DNA of 50,267 nucleotides from a bacterium (GTDB lineage: Bacteria > Zhuqueibacterota > Zhuqueibacteria > Oceanimicrobiales > Oceanimicrobiaceae): the NCBI GenBank assembly GCA_037446635.1, contig JBBIIG010000031.1, positions 1 to 50,267 of the forward strand, read 5' to 3'. Shown here piece by piece: positions 38,292-46,353 of the stretch (position 1 is its first letter; every line of letters starts with the position of its first letter). The translations under genes were made by a program, and so were the position numbers. Below the pieces are notes generated by a model. That model saw only the letters and a list, made by a program, of their open reading frames with translations, was not told the DNA's origin and ran no database searches.

Positions 38292-38926
38292 GCGCGCCCT
38301 TGCCCATCGATTTTCGATTATATCTGATCAGCGACCGCCGTCAATGCCGGGGAGAAAATCTTTTGCCGGTAGTGAAACAGGCGTGCGCCGCCGGCCTCAA
38401 AGCGTTTCAGCTTCGTGAAAAAGATTGGCCCACGCGCCAGCTTTTTGAAACCGCCCGGCGCTTGAAAAAAATTACCGACTCAACGCAAACGAAATTATTC
38501 ATCAACGATCGCGTTGACCTCGCCGCGGCGGTGGGCGCCGCCGGCGTGCACCTCACCAGCGCGAGCCTGCCAGTTGCGGTGGTGAGAAAAATCGCGGCCG
38601 CTCCCAAATTGATCGGCGTCTCCACCCACTCGCTGGCGCAAGCGCAGCAAGCGGAGGCGGCCGGCGCGGACTTCATCCTGTTCGGTCCGGTCTTTGACAC
38701 GCCCTCTAAACGGCAGTACGGCCCACCGCAAGGTTTGGGGGCTCTTGAGGAAATTACAAAGAGCGTCCGCCTGCCGGTGTTCGCGGTGGGCGGGGTCACG
38801 CCGCAGCGGGCGGAATGGTGCCGCGCGGCCGGCGCCTGGGGCGCGGCGGTGATTTCAGCGATCATGGCCGCCGACAACGTTCGTGAAAAAGTTCTGGAAT
38901 TTGGAAACGCCCTCGGAAGTTTATAG
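38288..38926 (+). CDS. thiE: Thiamine phosphate synthase
   Basis: LYLISD, QLREK, INDRVD, GVHL, GVSTHS, GPVFDTPSK, AVGGV. Confidence 0.88.
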   Translation: MSAPLPIDFRLYLISDRRQCRGENLLPVVKQACAAGLKAFQLREKDWPTRQLFETARRLKKITDSTQTKLFINDRVDLAAAVGAAGVHLTSASLPVAVVRKIAAAPKLIGVSTHSLAQAQQAEAAGADFILFGPVFDTPSKRQYGPPQGLGALEEITKSVRLPVFAVGGVTPQRAEWCRAAGAWGAAVISAIMAADNVREKVLEFGNALGSL

Positions 38927-38945
38927 TGGAAATCGAAAATAAGAA

Positions 38946-38974
38946 TTGACTTTTTGTTTAGAGAATTCTATCTT
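38946..38974 (+). promoter_or_regulatory. sigma70-type promoter
   Basis: TTGACT-N17-TATCTT. Confidence 0.6.
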
Positions 38975-39100
38975 GGTTCCGGCTTTTGCCCCGCATCATG
39001 GATTCCTCACCGCAGTTATGATTTCAGCGCAATTCTTTGGAGGTGGAAATGGAGTATTTTCGGTTTTGGCCACTGTACCTGAATCACGGAGGAGGACCTA

Positions 39101-39367
39101 ATGCAATTCCAATCCCCACACTACAAGCACTTTAGCAAAGACCTAAACGAGCTTGCCCGCAACTTCGAACTTGACCCCCAAAACCTCACCATCGAGTTTT
39201 ACATGCCGCGCCATCAAGCCATCGTCGTTGAGCGGCTCGAAAACGAGGCCTTTCAAATTCACATCAATTTGGAGGAAGGACGGATCATTTCGGTGAAACG
39301 GCTCTCCGAAAACAGCAACGGCAACGGCGAACATTTCAAGAAAAAATATCGCAAATATATGAAATAA
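39101..39367 (+). CDS. Hypothetical protein (88 aa)
   Basis: Strong SD GGAGGAGG, upstream promoter, plausible codon usage; no recognised motif. Confidence 0.7.
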   Translation: MQFQSPHYKHFSKDLNELARNFELDPQNLTIEFYMPRHQAIVVERLENEAFQIHINLEEGRIISVKRLSENSNGNGEHFKKKYRKYMK

Positions 39368-39373
39368 CCAGTG

Positions 39374-39401
39374 GTAGGGGTAATTTATGAATTACCCCTA
39401 C
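39374..39401. repeat. GTAG-type REP palindrome
   Basis: GTAGGGGTAATTTATGAATTACCCCTAC, 27/28 identical to 21945-21972. Confidence 0.88.
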
Positions 39402-39497
39402 TGCCAATTGTGCTCAACTTTGTTTATACTTTTACAAGGATTGCTTGAACAGCCGCAGCGCTTCCGAAAAAGGCCTTGCCGTTCGAAAGTATCTTTT

Positions 39498-39534
39498 CTA
39501 AAACTCCGGGGTCTGAAAGACCCCGGAGTTTTAG
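39498..39534. repeat. Perfect 17-bp stem palindrome (REP-like; may also terminate cydAB)
   Basis: CTAAAACTCCGGGGTCT-GAA-AGACCCCGGAGTTTTAG, 8 nt after the cydB stop. Confidence 0.7.
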
Positions 39535-39542
39535 CTTGTTTT

Positions 39543-40589
39543 TTAATACCCCTCGCCCTCGGCCGGCAGTTTCACTTTTCCCCGAAATGAATAAAACAGA
39601 TAGGTGAAATACCCGCTCGCCAAAACAATGCCGATGAACCACCAAACGATTCCCACTTGCATGCCGTGTTCGCCGGTGGCCGCGTTGTAAATCGTTATCG
39701 TGCGGGACGGATCAGTGGAAGCCGGCAGCAAGTTCGGATACATCGCAAACGCGGTGGCGGCGCCCATTCCCAAAATAAAGGCGCTCGATGACAGAAACGC
39801 GAACTTGTCGTTCATGCGGATGCGGAAGAAAATCATGCCGGCGAGGGCTAGCAGTCCAACAATTGGAAACAGAAAACCCCACGGCTGGTTGAGGTAATTG
39901 TCCCAGATGGTTGGACGAATGACGTTGGTGGCGATCAGCGCAAGAATAGAGGTGATAAGCGTGAGCCAACTGGCGCCACGGGCAAACTTGCGCGAGCGCG
40001 TCAGCAGATCGTTTTCGGTTTTCATGGCGATAAAATTCGCGCCGTGCGCGGTGAGGGTGAAGAATGCCACCAGTCCCATCAGCACCGTGAACCAATCGAG
40101 GATGCCGGCTTCGGGAACGACGGTGAAGGTCGTCCACAGCGGCTCGAAGAAGTAGCCTTCTTCGTTGAGCGGCACGCCGCGCACCACGTTGCCGAGCGCC
40201 GCGCCAAAAAAGATCGCCAACAAAATGCTGGCCACGGAGAAGGTAACATCCCAGAATGACTTCCACATTGGATTGTGCACGTGATGACGGAATTCGATGC
40301 CGATGGCGCGCAGCATGAGCAACCAAAGCACCATCATCAGCGGCAGGTAAAATCCGCTGAAGCTGGAGGCGTAGAGCATGGGGAATGCAAAGTACAATGT
40401 GCCGCCGGCTGCCAGCAGCCACACCTCGTTGCCGTCCCACACCGGACCAATGGCGTTGATGATGGTGCGGCGCTCGCTATCGTTTTTTGCGGCGAAGAGA
40501 TGAATGATCCCCGCGCCTAAATCGAAGCCATCGAGGATGACGTACATGATGAGCATGAAGGTCAGGGCGATGAACCAGAATGTTTCCAT
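39543..40589 (-). CDS. cydB: Cytochrome bd oxidase subunit II
   Basis: ILDGFDLGAG, IGPVWDGNEVWL, RAIGIEFR, GNVVRGVP. Confidence 0.97.
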   Translation of the reverse strand: METFWFIALTFMLIMYVILDGFDLGAGIIHLFAAKNDSERRTIINAIGPVWDGNEVWLLAAGGTLYFAFPMLYASSFSGFYLPLMMVLWLLMLRAIGIEFRHHVHNPMWKSFWDVTFSVASILLAIFFGAALGNVVRGVPLNEEGYFFEPLWTTFTVVPEAGILDWFTVLMGLVAFFTLTAHGANFIAMKTENDLLTRSRKFARGASWLTLITSILALIATNVIRPTIWDNYLNQPWGFLFPIVGLLALAGMIFFRIRMNDKFAFLSSSAFILGMGAATAFAMYPNLLPASTDPSRTITIYNAATGEHGMQVGIVWWFIGIVLASGYFTYLFYSFRGKVKLPAEGEGY

Positions 40590-40610
40590 GGGTGAGTCTC
40601 CTCTATCAAA

Positions 40611-40689
40611 TTGTCTATTGATTATTGAATAATGAAAAAGTTCGAGATGAAACGAAGATTAGTCAATAGACAATAATCAATAATCAATT
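40611..40689. repeat. Inverted heptamer arms between cydA and cydB
   Basis: TTGTCTA TTGATTA TTGAATA ... TCAA TAGACAA TAATCAA TAATCAA; one arm contains the cydA stop. Confidence 0.75.
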
Positions 40690-41996
40690 CCTTTGAACAC
40701 TTGCTTGAAAACCAAAAACAAAAACAGCATTCCGAGAATCGTGTACATGCCCATGAATCCCAGCAGGGTGAAAAGCGCGTTGCCGGCGGAGACGGTGGGG
40801 GAGGCACCTTCGCTGGTACGCATCAAGCCGTAAACCAACCACGGCTGCCGGCCCAACTCCGCGGTAAACCAGCCGGCGGTGTTGGCGATGTACGGAAATG
40901 GGAAGCTCAGCATCAAAATCCACAGCATCCAGCGCGAGGAAAACAGCTTTTGTTTGCGCAACAAAATTGCAGAGACGATCATCACTGCGATGAAGATCGT
41001 GCCGAGTCCCACCATGATGTGATAGCTGTAGTAGAGCAGCGGAATGTTCGTCGGCCAGTCGTCGCGGGGAAAGGCATCGAGGCCTTTGACCTCGGCCATC
41101 CAGCGATTGTAGGTTAGAAAGCTCAGCAAGCGCGGGATGTGAATCGGGTTGTCCATTTTCAATTTTTCCATGTCCGGCTGACCGATGATCACTAATTCCG
41201 CGCCCTCTTTGGTTTCGAAGAGTCCCTCCATCGCAGCCAGAGTCACCGGTTGGTGTTTGGCAATGTTGCGGCCCTGGCCGTCGCCAGTAGGGAAGAGCAC
41301 GAGAATCGACGCGGCCAAACCGGCGATCACTCCGGTTCGCAAAAAGATTTTTCCGTACTCTTCATCGCGTTTTGATAACAGATAAAACGCGCCCACCGCG
41401 CACATGACAAAGGCCGCGGTGATCACCGAGCCGATCATGGTGTGTGCGTACTGCCAAATCGCCCAGGGATTGCCGAGCAATTGCCAGAAGCTGGCGAGTT
41501 GCACGCTGCCATCCGCAGTAGCAACGTAGCCAACCGGATGCTGCATCCAGGCGTTGGTGGCAACGATGAGATAGCCGGAAATCCACGAGCCGAGAAACAC
41601 CATGAAGGCGGCGAAGAAGTGCCCACGTTGGCCCAACTTCTTTTCGCCGAAAATGAATAACCCGAGAAAACTGGATTCGAGAAAAAACGCGAACAGTCCC
41701 TCCATCGCCAGAGTCTGTCCGATGACGCCGCCAGCAAAGGCTGAGAATTTCGCCCAGTTGGTGCCAAACTGAAATTCCATCGGGATGCCAGTCACCACGC
41801 CCATCGCAAAATTGACGGCAAAAATTTTTGCCCAGAAGCGCGCGGCATGATTGTACTTCTCATCTTTCTTGCGAATCGCCAGTCCCTTCAAAATGACGAT
41901 CAGCAGCGCCAGCCCCATCGTGAGTTGCGGAAAGAGATAGTGGTACATCACGGTGAACGCAAATTGAAAGCGGTTGACAATCAGTGCATCTTCCAT
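40677..41996 (-). CDS. cydA: Cytochrome bd oxidase subunit I
   Basis: RFQFAFTVMYHYLF, GVVTGIPMEFQFGTNW, AFFLES, NAWMQHP, QPVTLAAMEG, ELGRQPW. Confidence 0.97.
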   Translation of the reverse strand: MEDALIVNRFQFAFTVMYHYLFPQLTMGLALLIVILKGLAIRKKDEKYNHAARFWAKIFAVNFAMGVVTGIPMEFQFGTNWAKFSAFAGGVIGQTLAMEGLFAFFLESSFLGLFIFGEKKLGQRGHFFAAFMVFLGSWISGYLIVATNAWMQHPVGYVATADGSVQLASFWQLLGNPWAIWQYAHTMIGSVITAAFVMCAVGAFYLLSKRDEEYGKIFLRTGVIAGLAASILVLFPTGDGQGRNIAKHQPVTLAAMEGLFETKEGAELVIIGQPDMEKLKMDNPIHIPRLLSFLTYNRWMAEVKGLDAFPRDDWPTNIPLLYYSYHIMVGLGTIFIAVMIVSAILLRKQKLFSSRWMLWILMLSFPFPYIANTAGWFTAELGRQPWLVYGLMRTSEGASPTVSAGNALFTLLGFMGMYTILGMLFLFLVFKQVFKGIDY

Positions 41997-42017
41997 CGGG
42001 TCCTCCTCTTTTTAATG

Positions 42018-42139
42018 TGAGACGGCAAAGGGCAGACGGCAAAAGTAAAAGCAATGGTATTCTCTTAAATGCCAGGCACTTTTGAAGTGCCTGGCATTTG
42101 TCAATTTTCACTTCTGCCGTTTGCCGTCTGCCGTTTCAC
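42018..42139. repeat. Inverted heptamer arms enclosing a TGCCAGGCAC palindrome
   Basis: TGAGACGGCAAAGGGCAGACGGCAAAAGT ... ACTTCTGCCGTTTGCCGTCTGCCGTTTCA around AAATGCCAGGCACTT-TTG-AAGTGCCTGGCATTT (42067-42099). Confidence 0.82.
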
Positions 42140-42557
42140 ATTTACAATAGGCATAGAGCGCGTCATAAACAATAAACTCTTTTTCGAGGATTTCGTGGTC
42201 GTCTTTCAATCCAAGATGGCGAAAGCCCTCGGCGATGGCTTTGAGGCCGGGCGCCTCGGGCCGATGATACAAATCCTCGGCGACGTCCGCGCCGTGGACG
42301 ATGCGCGCCAGCAGGTGCAGCGCCGGATCGACAATTTGATATTTGGCGATGATGGCTTCGAAGCTGCACTTGCCATCGTGATGGCCGAGCTCGACATCCG
42401 GCACATCATAAGGTATGGCGTGTTCACGTTCCGCAATTTGCAAAACTTTCTCCGCGGGCATGAACAAAAACTCCGCGTCTGGATCGACGAAGTTTTTGAT
42501 CAGCCACGGACACGCAACGCGATCGACTTTGACGCGCTCGCGGGTTATCCATTTCAT
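42108..42557 (-). CDS. Chromate-resistance ChrB-domain protein (standalone)
   Basis: MKWITRERVKVDRVACPWLIKNFVD, H...CSFEA, LARIVHGAD, EAPGL, YDALY; SD GGAGGT before ATG at 42557. Confidence 0.88.
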   Translation of the reverse strand: MKWITRERVKVDRVACPWLIKNFVDPDAEFLFMPAEKVLQIAEREHAIPYDVPDVELGHHDGKCSFEAIIAKYQIVDPALHLLARIVHGADVAEDLYHRPEAPGLKAIAEGFRHLGLKDDHEILEKEFIVYDALYAYCKCETADGKRQK

Positions 42558-42577
42558 ATTTACCTCCGAGGAGTTTG

Positions 42578-42610
42578 AAGTGCCAGGCACTTTCAAAGTG
42601 CCTGGCACTT
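42578..42610. repeat. TGCCAGGCAC palindrome, second copy
   Basis: AAGTGCCAGGCACTTT-C-AAAGTGCCTGGCACTT. Confidence 0.85.
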
Positions 42611-42611
42611 G

Positions 42612-43781
42612 TCAACGTTCACGGGCAAACGCATAAACCAACAATCCAACAACACCAACCGACGCCGCGACGTAAAACGGCAATTGCATATCCATCCGCC
42701 ACAGCCAGCCGCCAACCAGCGACGCCGGAAACACCGCCAGTCCACGAATCAAATAGTAAATTCCCACGGCGCGGCCGCGGGCGTTGGCATCGGCCAGATC
42801 GACGATCAGCGCTTTGCGGGCCGGCTCGCCAACTTCCCGCAAACCGGCAACGATGAACGCCAGCGTCACCCAAACTAAATTTTGTGCGAACGCCAGCGCT
42901 GCCGGAAACAGCGCGAAGAACCCAAACGTCAGCAGCACGAACGGTTTGCGATTGAGTTGGTCGGCCAACTTGGCGATGGGAATGTAGATTACGGTCGCCG
43001 TCAACATTTGCACGCTGGTGAGCCAGCCGAACTGCACGGCGCTCATTTGCAAACCATCGATAACGTACAACACGATGAACACTTTCGGGATGCCTTCGGC
43101 CCAGCGCGCTAAACAGTCGGACAGCAACAGACGTTTCAAGTTCGCGTCCATGTTTCGCCAGATGCTGAGGAAGCTTTCGCCGTCGCGAGTGGTGCGCGAA
43201 ATTTCTTTGTAGCCGCGGTGGACGATCCACAACCCGAGAAAAGCCAGCCCAATGGTGATGATTAGTCCGATCTTGACGCCATTCGCCAAACCGCTCTGCG
43301 CGATCAACCAGCCACCGATTGGCGGCGCGGCGATGATCGGGATGCGTTTCAAAATCGACTGCACGCCGAAGCCAATGGCGCGGCGCTGCGACGGCAGGTT
43401 ATCGCCGATGATGGCGAAAATCGCCGGCAGCGTCAAACTACTCCACGCCATCACGAAGATCGTGCCGACAAGAATCGTCCGCCAGTTGGGACTGAGCAAA
43501 TAGATCGCATAGCCGACAATCGCCAGCAGCGTGAACAAAACCAGCGCGACTCTGCGGCCCAAGCGATCGGCCAGCCAGCCGCCGGGGTATTGATAAACCG
43601 CGTCGAGCAAATCTTTGAGGGTGCCGTACAGCGCAATCGCCCAGGCGCTGGCGCCCAAGAATTGCAGATATTTTGGGATGAAGCGCTGCCACAGCTCTTC
43701 GCCCATGCCGAGGATCATCACCGCGGCGAGCATCACCACAATGTTGCGCTCGAGGCCCAGCGACTCACGAACTCGGTTCAT
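42612..43781 (-). CDS. MFS transporter
   Basis: About 12 hydrophobic segments; motif A GWLADRLGRR and KLADQLNRK. Confidence 0.92.
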   Translation of the reverse strand: MNRVRESLGLERNIVVMLAAVMILGMGEELWQRFIPKYLQFLGASAWAIALYGTLKDLLDAVYQYPGGWLADRLGRRVALVLFTLLAIVGYAIYLLSPNWRTILVGTIFVMAWSSLTLPAIFAIIGDNLPSQRRAIGFGVQSILKRIPIIAAPPIGGWLIAQSGLANGVKIGLIITIGLAFLGLWIVHRGYKEISRTTRDGESFLSIWRNMDANLKRLLLSDCLARWAEGIPKVFIVLYVIDGLQMSAVQFGWLTSVQMLTATVIYIPIAKLADQLNRKPFVLLTFGFFALFPAALAFAQNLVWVTLAFIVAGLREVGEPARKALIVDLADANARGRAVGIYYLIRGLAVFPASLVGGWLWRMDMQLPFYVAASVGVVGLLVYAFARER

Positions 43782-43810
43782 CTATTCTTCACTCGGAATA
43801 AAAGTCCTGT

Positions 43811-43859
43811 CACGCTCGATCGGGACTTCCTATCTGGGCAGGCAGGAATCCCGAGCGCG
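43811..43859. repeat. Hairpin element related to 26198-26279
   Basis: CACGCTCG-AT-CGGGACTTCCTATCTG-GG-CAGGCAGGAATCCCGAGCGCG. Confidence 0.55.
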
Positions 43860-43947
43860 GATTTGAATGGATGCCGTCATTTTTTAGTTTAAGGAAGTTT
43901 GCAGGTCGGTGAGATGGCTTCAGCACGAGCTTCGCTGGCAATAGTTT

Positions 43948-46095
43948 CTAAATGAGCTCGAACTCGATGGCGCGTTTTGCCGTGCCGCCCGTGTGCAGGT
44001 CGGTGATCGTTACATTTATTTTTACAGCGCCGGGCGCCAGCGCCGAGAGGTCGAGACTAATCCATTCATTAATATTTGATGAGTCGCCGCGGTAGTCCGA
44101 TTGCAATTCGATCTGGCCGCCGGGCTTCTTTCCCAGCAGCGACTTAACTTTCTTCCAGATATTTTGTTTTTCGCTTATCTGTTCGGCTTCATAGGAAATG
44201 CGATAGCTGCTGGCGTTGTCCTCGCCGAGCGTCAAGCCATAAATTTCAAAATAAAGAAATAGCGGGCGCTGGCGCTCGACGCGTTGGAAGGGATAGGGTT
44301 CGATGGTTAGGCCGCTTTTTGTCGTCGTTTGAGAGTCGGCGTTCGGTTCAATTTGCCGCGAAAGCTGCACGTCGCTCATCAACAGCGGTTGCTGGCGCGC
44401 CTCCAAACGCAGCGCGGTTTGCTGGCTGCTGCGGAAGGAGGCGAGCCGCAGCAGTTTTTCGGAATTCAAGTAGAGACCGGGTTCGGCGGCGCCGGTATCC
44501 GCGGGCGCCGGCGGCTGCATGGATACGGAGGTGAGCCAGCCGCCAACTTCTCCGCTGACGTAAAAGCTGTCGAGGTGGGTTTTGATGGTCAACACTTCTA
44601 CCAGCACGCCGAGATTGGAATTGGAAGAATCGTTTTGGGTGAACAAGCCTGGCAGCACAATGGAAGTTTGCGGGTTGGCCGCCGGCCGCAGCGTCGCATC
44701 TTCAACGGTGGCCGACATTTTTAGCATCAGCACGTTCGGCTGAATGTTTTCTTTCAAAACCAGATCTCGCCGCCGCAGCCCTAAATAAATTTCCACCCGA
44801 GTTGAGCCGTCGCTTTCCAGGAAGCGAGCGGTGCGATACCGCAAAGGCAGCGCTTCGGCGCCTAAAATGGAAGAGACTTCCGTGGGCGTAATTTGGTCGC
44901 GGAAGCTGTCATCACGAAAGTCGCTGGTAGTCATTTGGTTGACGGCGATTTGGGTGTAGTACGACGCCGGCAGCGGAATCTGCTCGTACTGCTTTTGCAG
45001 CAGCAGAGTTTCGAGCTCGTTAACCCGTTGATGGAAAACGGGAGAAACAATAGCGAGCTGTTTATAGAAATAGATACGGGTGTCAATTTCTGGGGTGTCG
45101 CTGATGAGCCCGGGGCTGATTGAGCGGCCGAGGGAATCCGTGATGACCCCTACTCGGGGCGCGTGGGAGCGCCATTTGCTGGCGGCCAAAGCGCCGGTGA
45201 TGGCCTGCTCGATGCCCTCCACCAGCACGTAGCCGCGTTTGTCTTGCAAATGCACAAATGGAAAATAGAGCTGTGGGTCGATGAAATTATAAAGCCAGAC
45301 TTCATTGGGTTTGAACGTGTAGTTGCTGCGAATATCGCGGCCGCTGACGCCGGCGGAAGCCACGCCGCTGGGTTTGCCCAACTTCACGTAAATCAAGCCG
45401 CGGTCGTCGAAACCGCGCGGCAGACTGTTGGGATAAAATTTGAGCGCGTGTTCCACCCGCTGCAAGTGCTCGATGAGCCGCTCGTTTAAGGGGGTGACCG
45501 GGGTGGCGTCTTTGCTGCGCCAGAATTTTCGCAGGGCGCGGCCGGGGGCGTGCGAGCTGGCAGCCAGGCTTTCGTATTCTTTTTGCTGTGAAGGCGAGAG
45601 CAGAAACTGGCATTGCTCGTAGAGACGGGTTAAAATCTGGCCGTCGCCGGGGAGGCGGGCGTTTTCCAAAATCTCGTAAAACGACTCGGTCACCCGCTCG
45701 TAGTATTCTGTCTTCTGAAGTTGAATGGCCAATTTTACGAACTCGTCGGCGAGAAAAATATCGAAGCGGTTGTGGCTTTTTAAGGTTTCGATCCCCAGCG
45801 CGGCCGTATCGAGCGCCGCCTCCGGGCCTTTCGTTTCGATCAGAATTCGGCACAACAAAAACCACGCCGAGCCTTTTTCAGGGTCAACGAAGGTTGGTTG
45901 AGTGCGAATCTGTTGCCGCGTACATTGTTCGGCCTGGTCAAATTGCCGGTTGCTGAACAATTGCCAGCATTCCTGAAATTCTGCGCTTTCTTGTGGAAGC
46001 GAGTACGCGCGGTTCCCGTTCGCTGGTGGCGCCGGCGCCGCAAAAACAAAAAGCATCACCGCGCTAAACAGCCCCGATCGATTCAAGTACATCAT
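43948..46095 (-). CDS. Secreted GWxTD-domain protein
   Basis: Signal peptide; FWRSKDATPVTPLNE...RVEHA...GFDDRGLIYVKLGKP...EVWLY; C-terminal beta-rich domain (MSDVQL, PYP, LYFEIYGL). Confidence 0.82.
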   Translation of the reverse strand: MMYLNRSGLFSAVMLFVFAAPAPPANGNRAYSLPQESAEFQECWQLFSNRQFDQAEQCTRQQIRTQPTFVDPEKGSAWFLLCRILIETKGPEAALDTAALGIETLKSHNRFDIFLADEFVKLAIQLQKTEYYERVTESFYEILENARLPGDGQILTRLYEQCQFLLSPSQQKEYESLAASSHAPGRALRKFWRSKDATPVTPLNERLIEHLQRVEHALKFYPNSLPRGFDDRGLIYVKLGKPSGVASAGVSGRDIRSNYTFKPNEVWLYNFIDPQLYFPFVHLQDKRGYVLVEGIEQAITGALAASKWRSHAPRVGVITDSLGRSISPGLISDTPEIDTRIYFYKQLAIVSPVFHQRVNELETLLLQKQYEQIPLPASYYTQIAVNQMTTSDFRDDSFRDQITPTEVSSILGAEALPLRYRTARFLESDGSTRVEIYLGLRRRDLVLKENIQPNVLMLKMSATVEDATLRPAANPQTSIVLPGLFTQNDSSNSNLGVLVEVLTIKTHLDSFYVSGEVGGWLTSVSMQPPAPADTGAAEPGLYLNSEKLLRLASFRSSQQTALRLEARQQPLLMSDVQLSRQIEPNADSQTTTKSGLTIEPYPFQRVERQRPLFLYFEIYGLTLGEDNASSYRISYEAEQISEKQNIWKKVKSLLGKKPGGQIELQSDYRGDSSNINEWISLDLSALAPGAVKINVTITDLHTGGTAKRAIEFELI

Positions 46096-46189
46096 GATTT
46101 TCGATTGTTAGACGAAATGAATTTAAAAAAATATTTGAAGAAGTCAAACCTGAATTAAAAGAGACGCAATTAAAAATCTTAAATTTTTT

Positions 46190-46228
46190 CTTAGCAGTCT
46201 TGGCGACAACTTTGCGTTCCTTGCGGTT
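46190..46228 (-). repeat. AACCGCAAAG-family arm
   Basis: Reverse complement AACCGCAAGGAACGCAAAGTTGTCGCCAAGACTGCTAAG aligns with the arm at 6465. Confidence 0.75.
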
Positions 46229-46302
46229 AAAAGAACTGCGTTTTGTCCCTTTCGCAATTACACTTTTTTGATTTCAAATAATCCCGGAGAACATCACATA
46301 AT

Positions 46303-46335
46303 AAAAAAGCCCACAGTCGCGACTGACTGTGGGCT
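46303..46335 (-). terminator. Intrinsic terminator after the susD-like gene
   Basis: AGCCCACAGTC-N6-GACTGTGGGCT followed by a T run on the minus strand. Confidence 0.85.
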
Positions 46336-46353
46336 CAATAGAAGGGCGACTTT

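Noticed and set aside
39387..39645. ORFs 39387-39590 (+) and 39424-39645 (-)
   Set aside because: The first starts inside a REP palindrome; both run through another palindrome and overlap the cydB 3' end
43860..43947. Fluoride riboswitch ahead of the MFS/ChrB genes
   Set aside because: AATGAC is present on the minus strand, but the upstream GATGG element and pseudoknot partner are not
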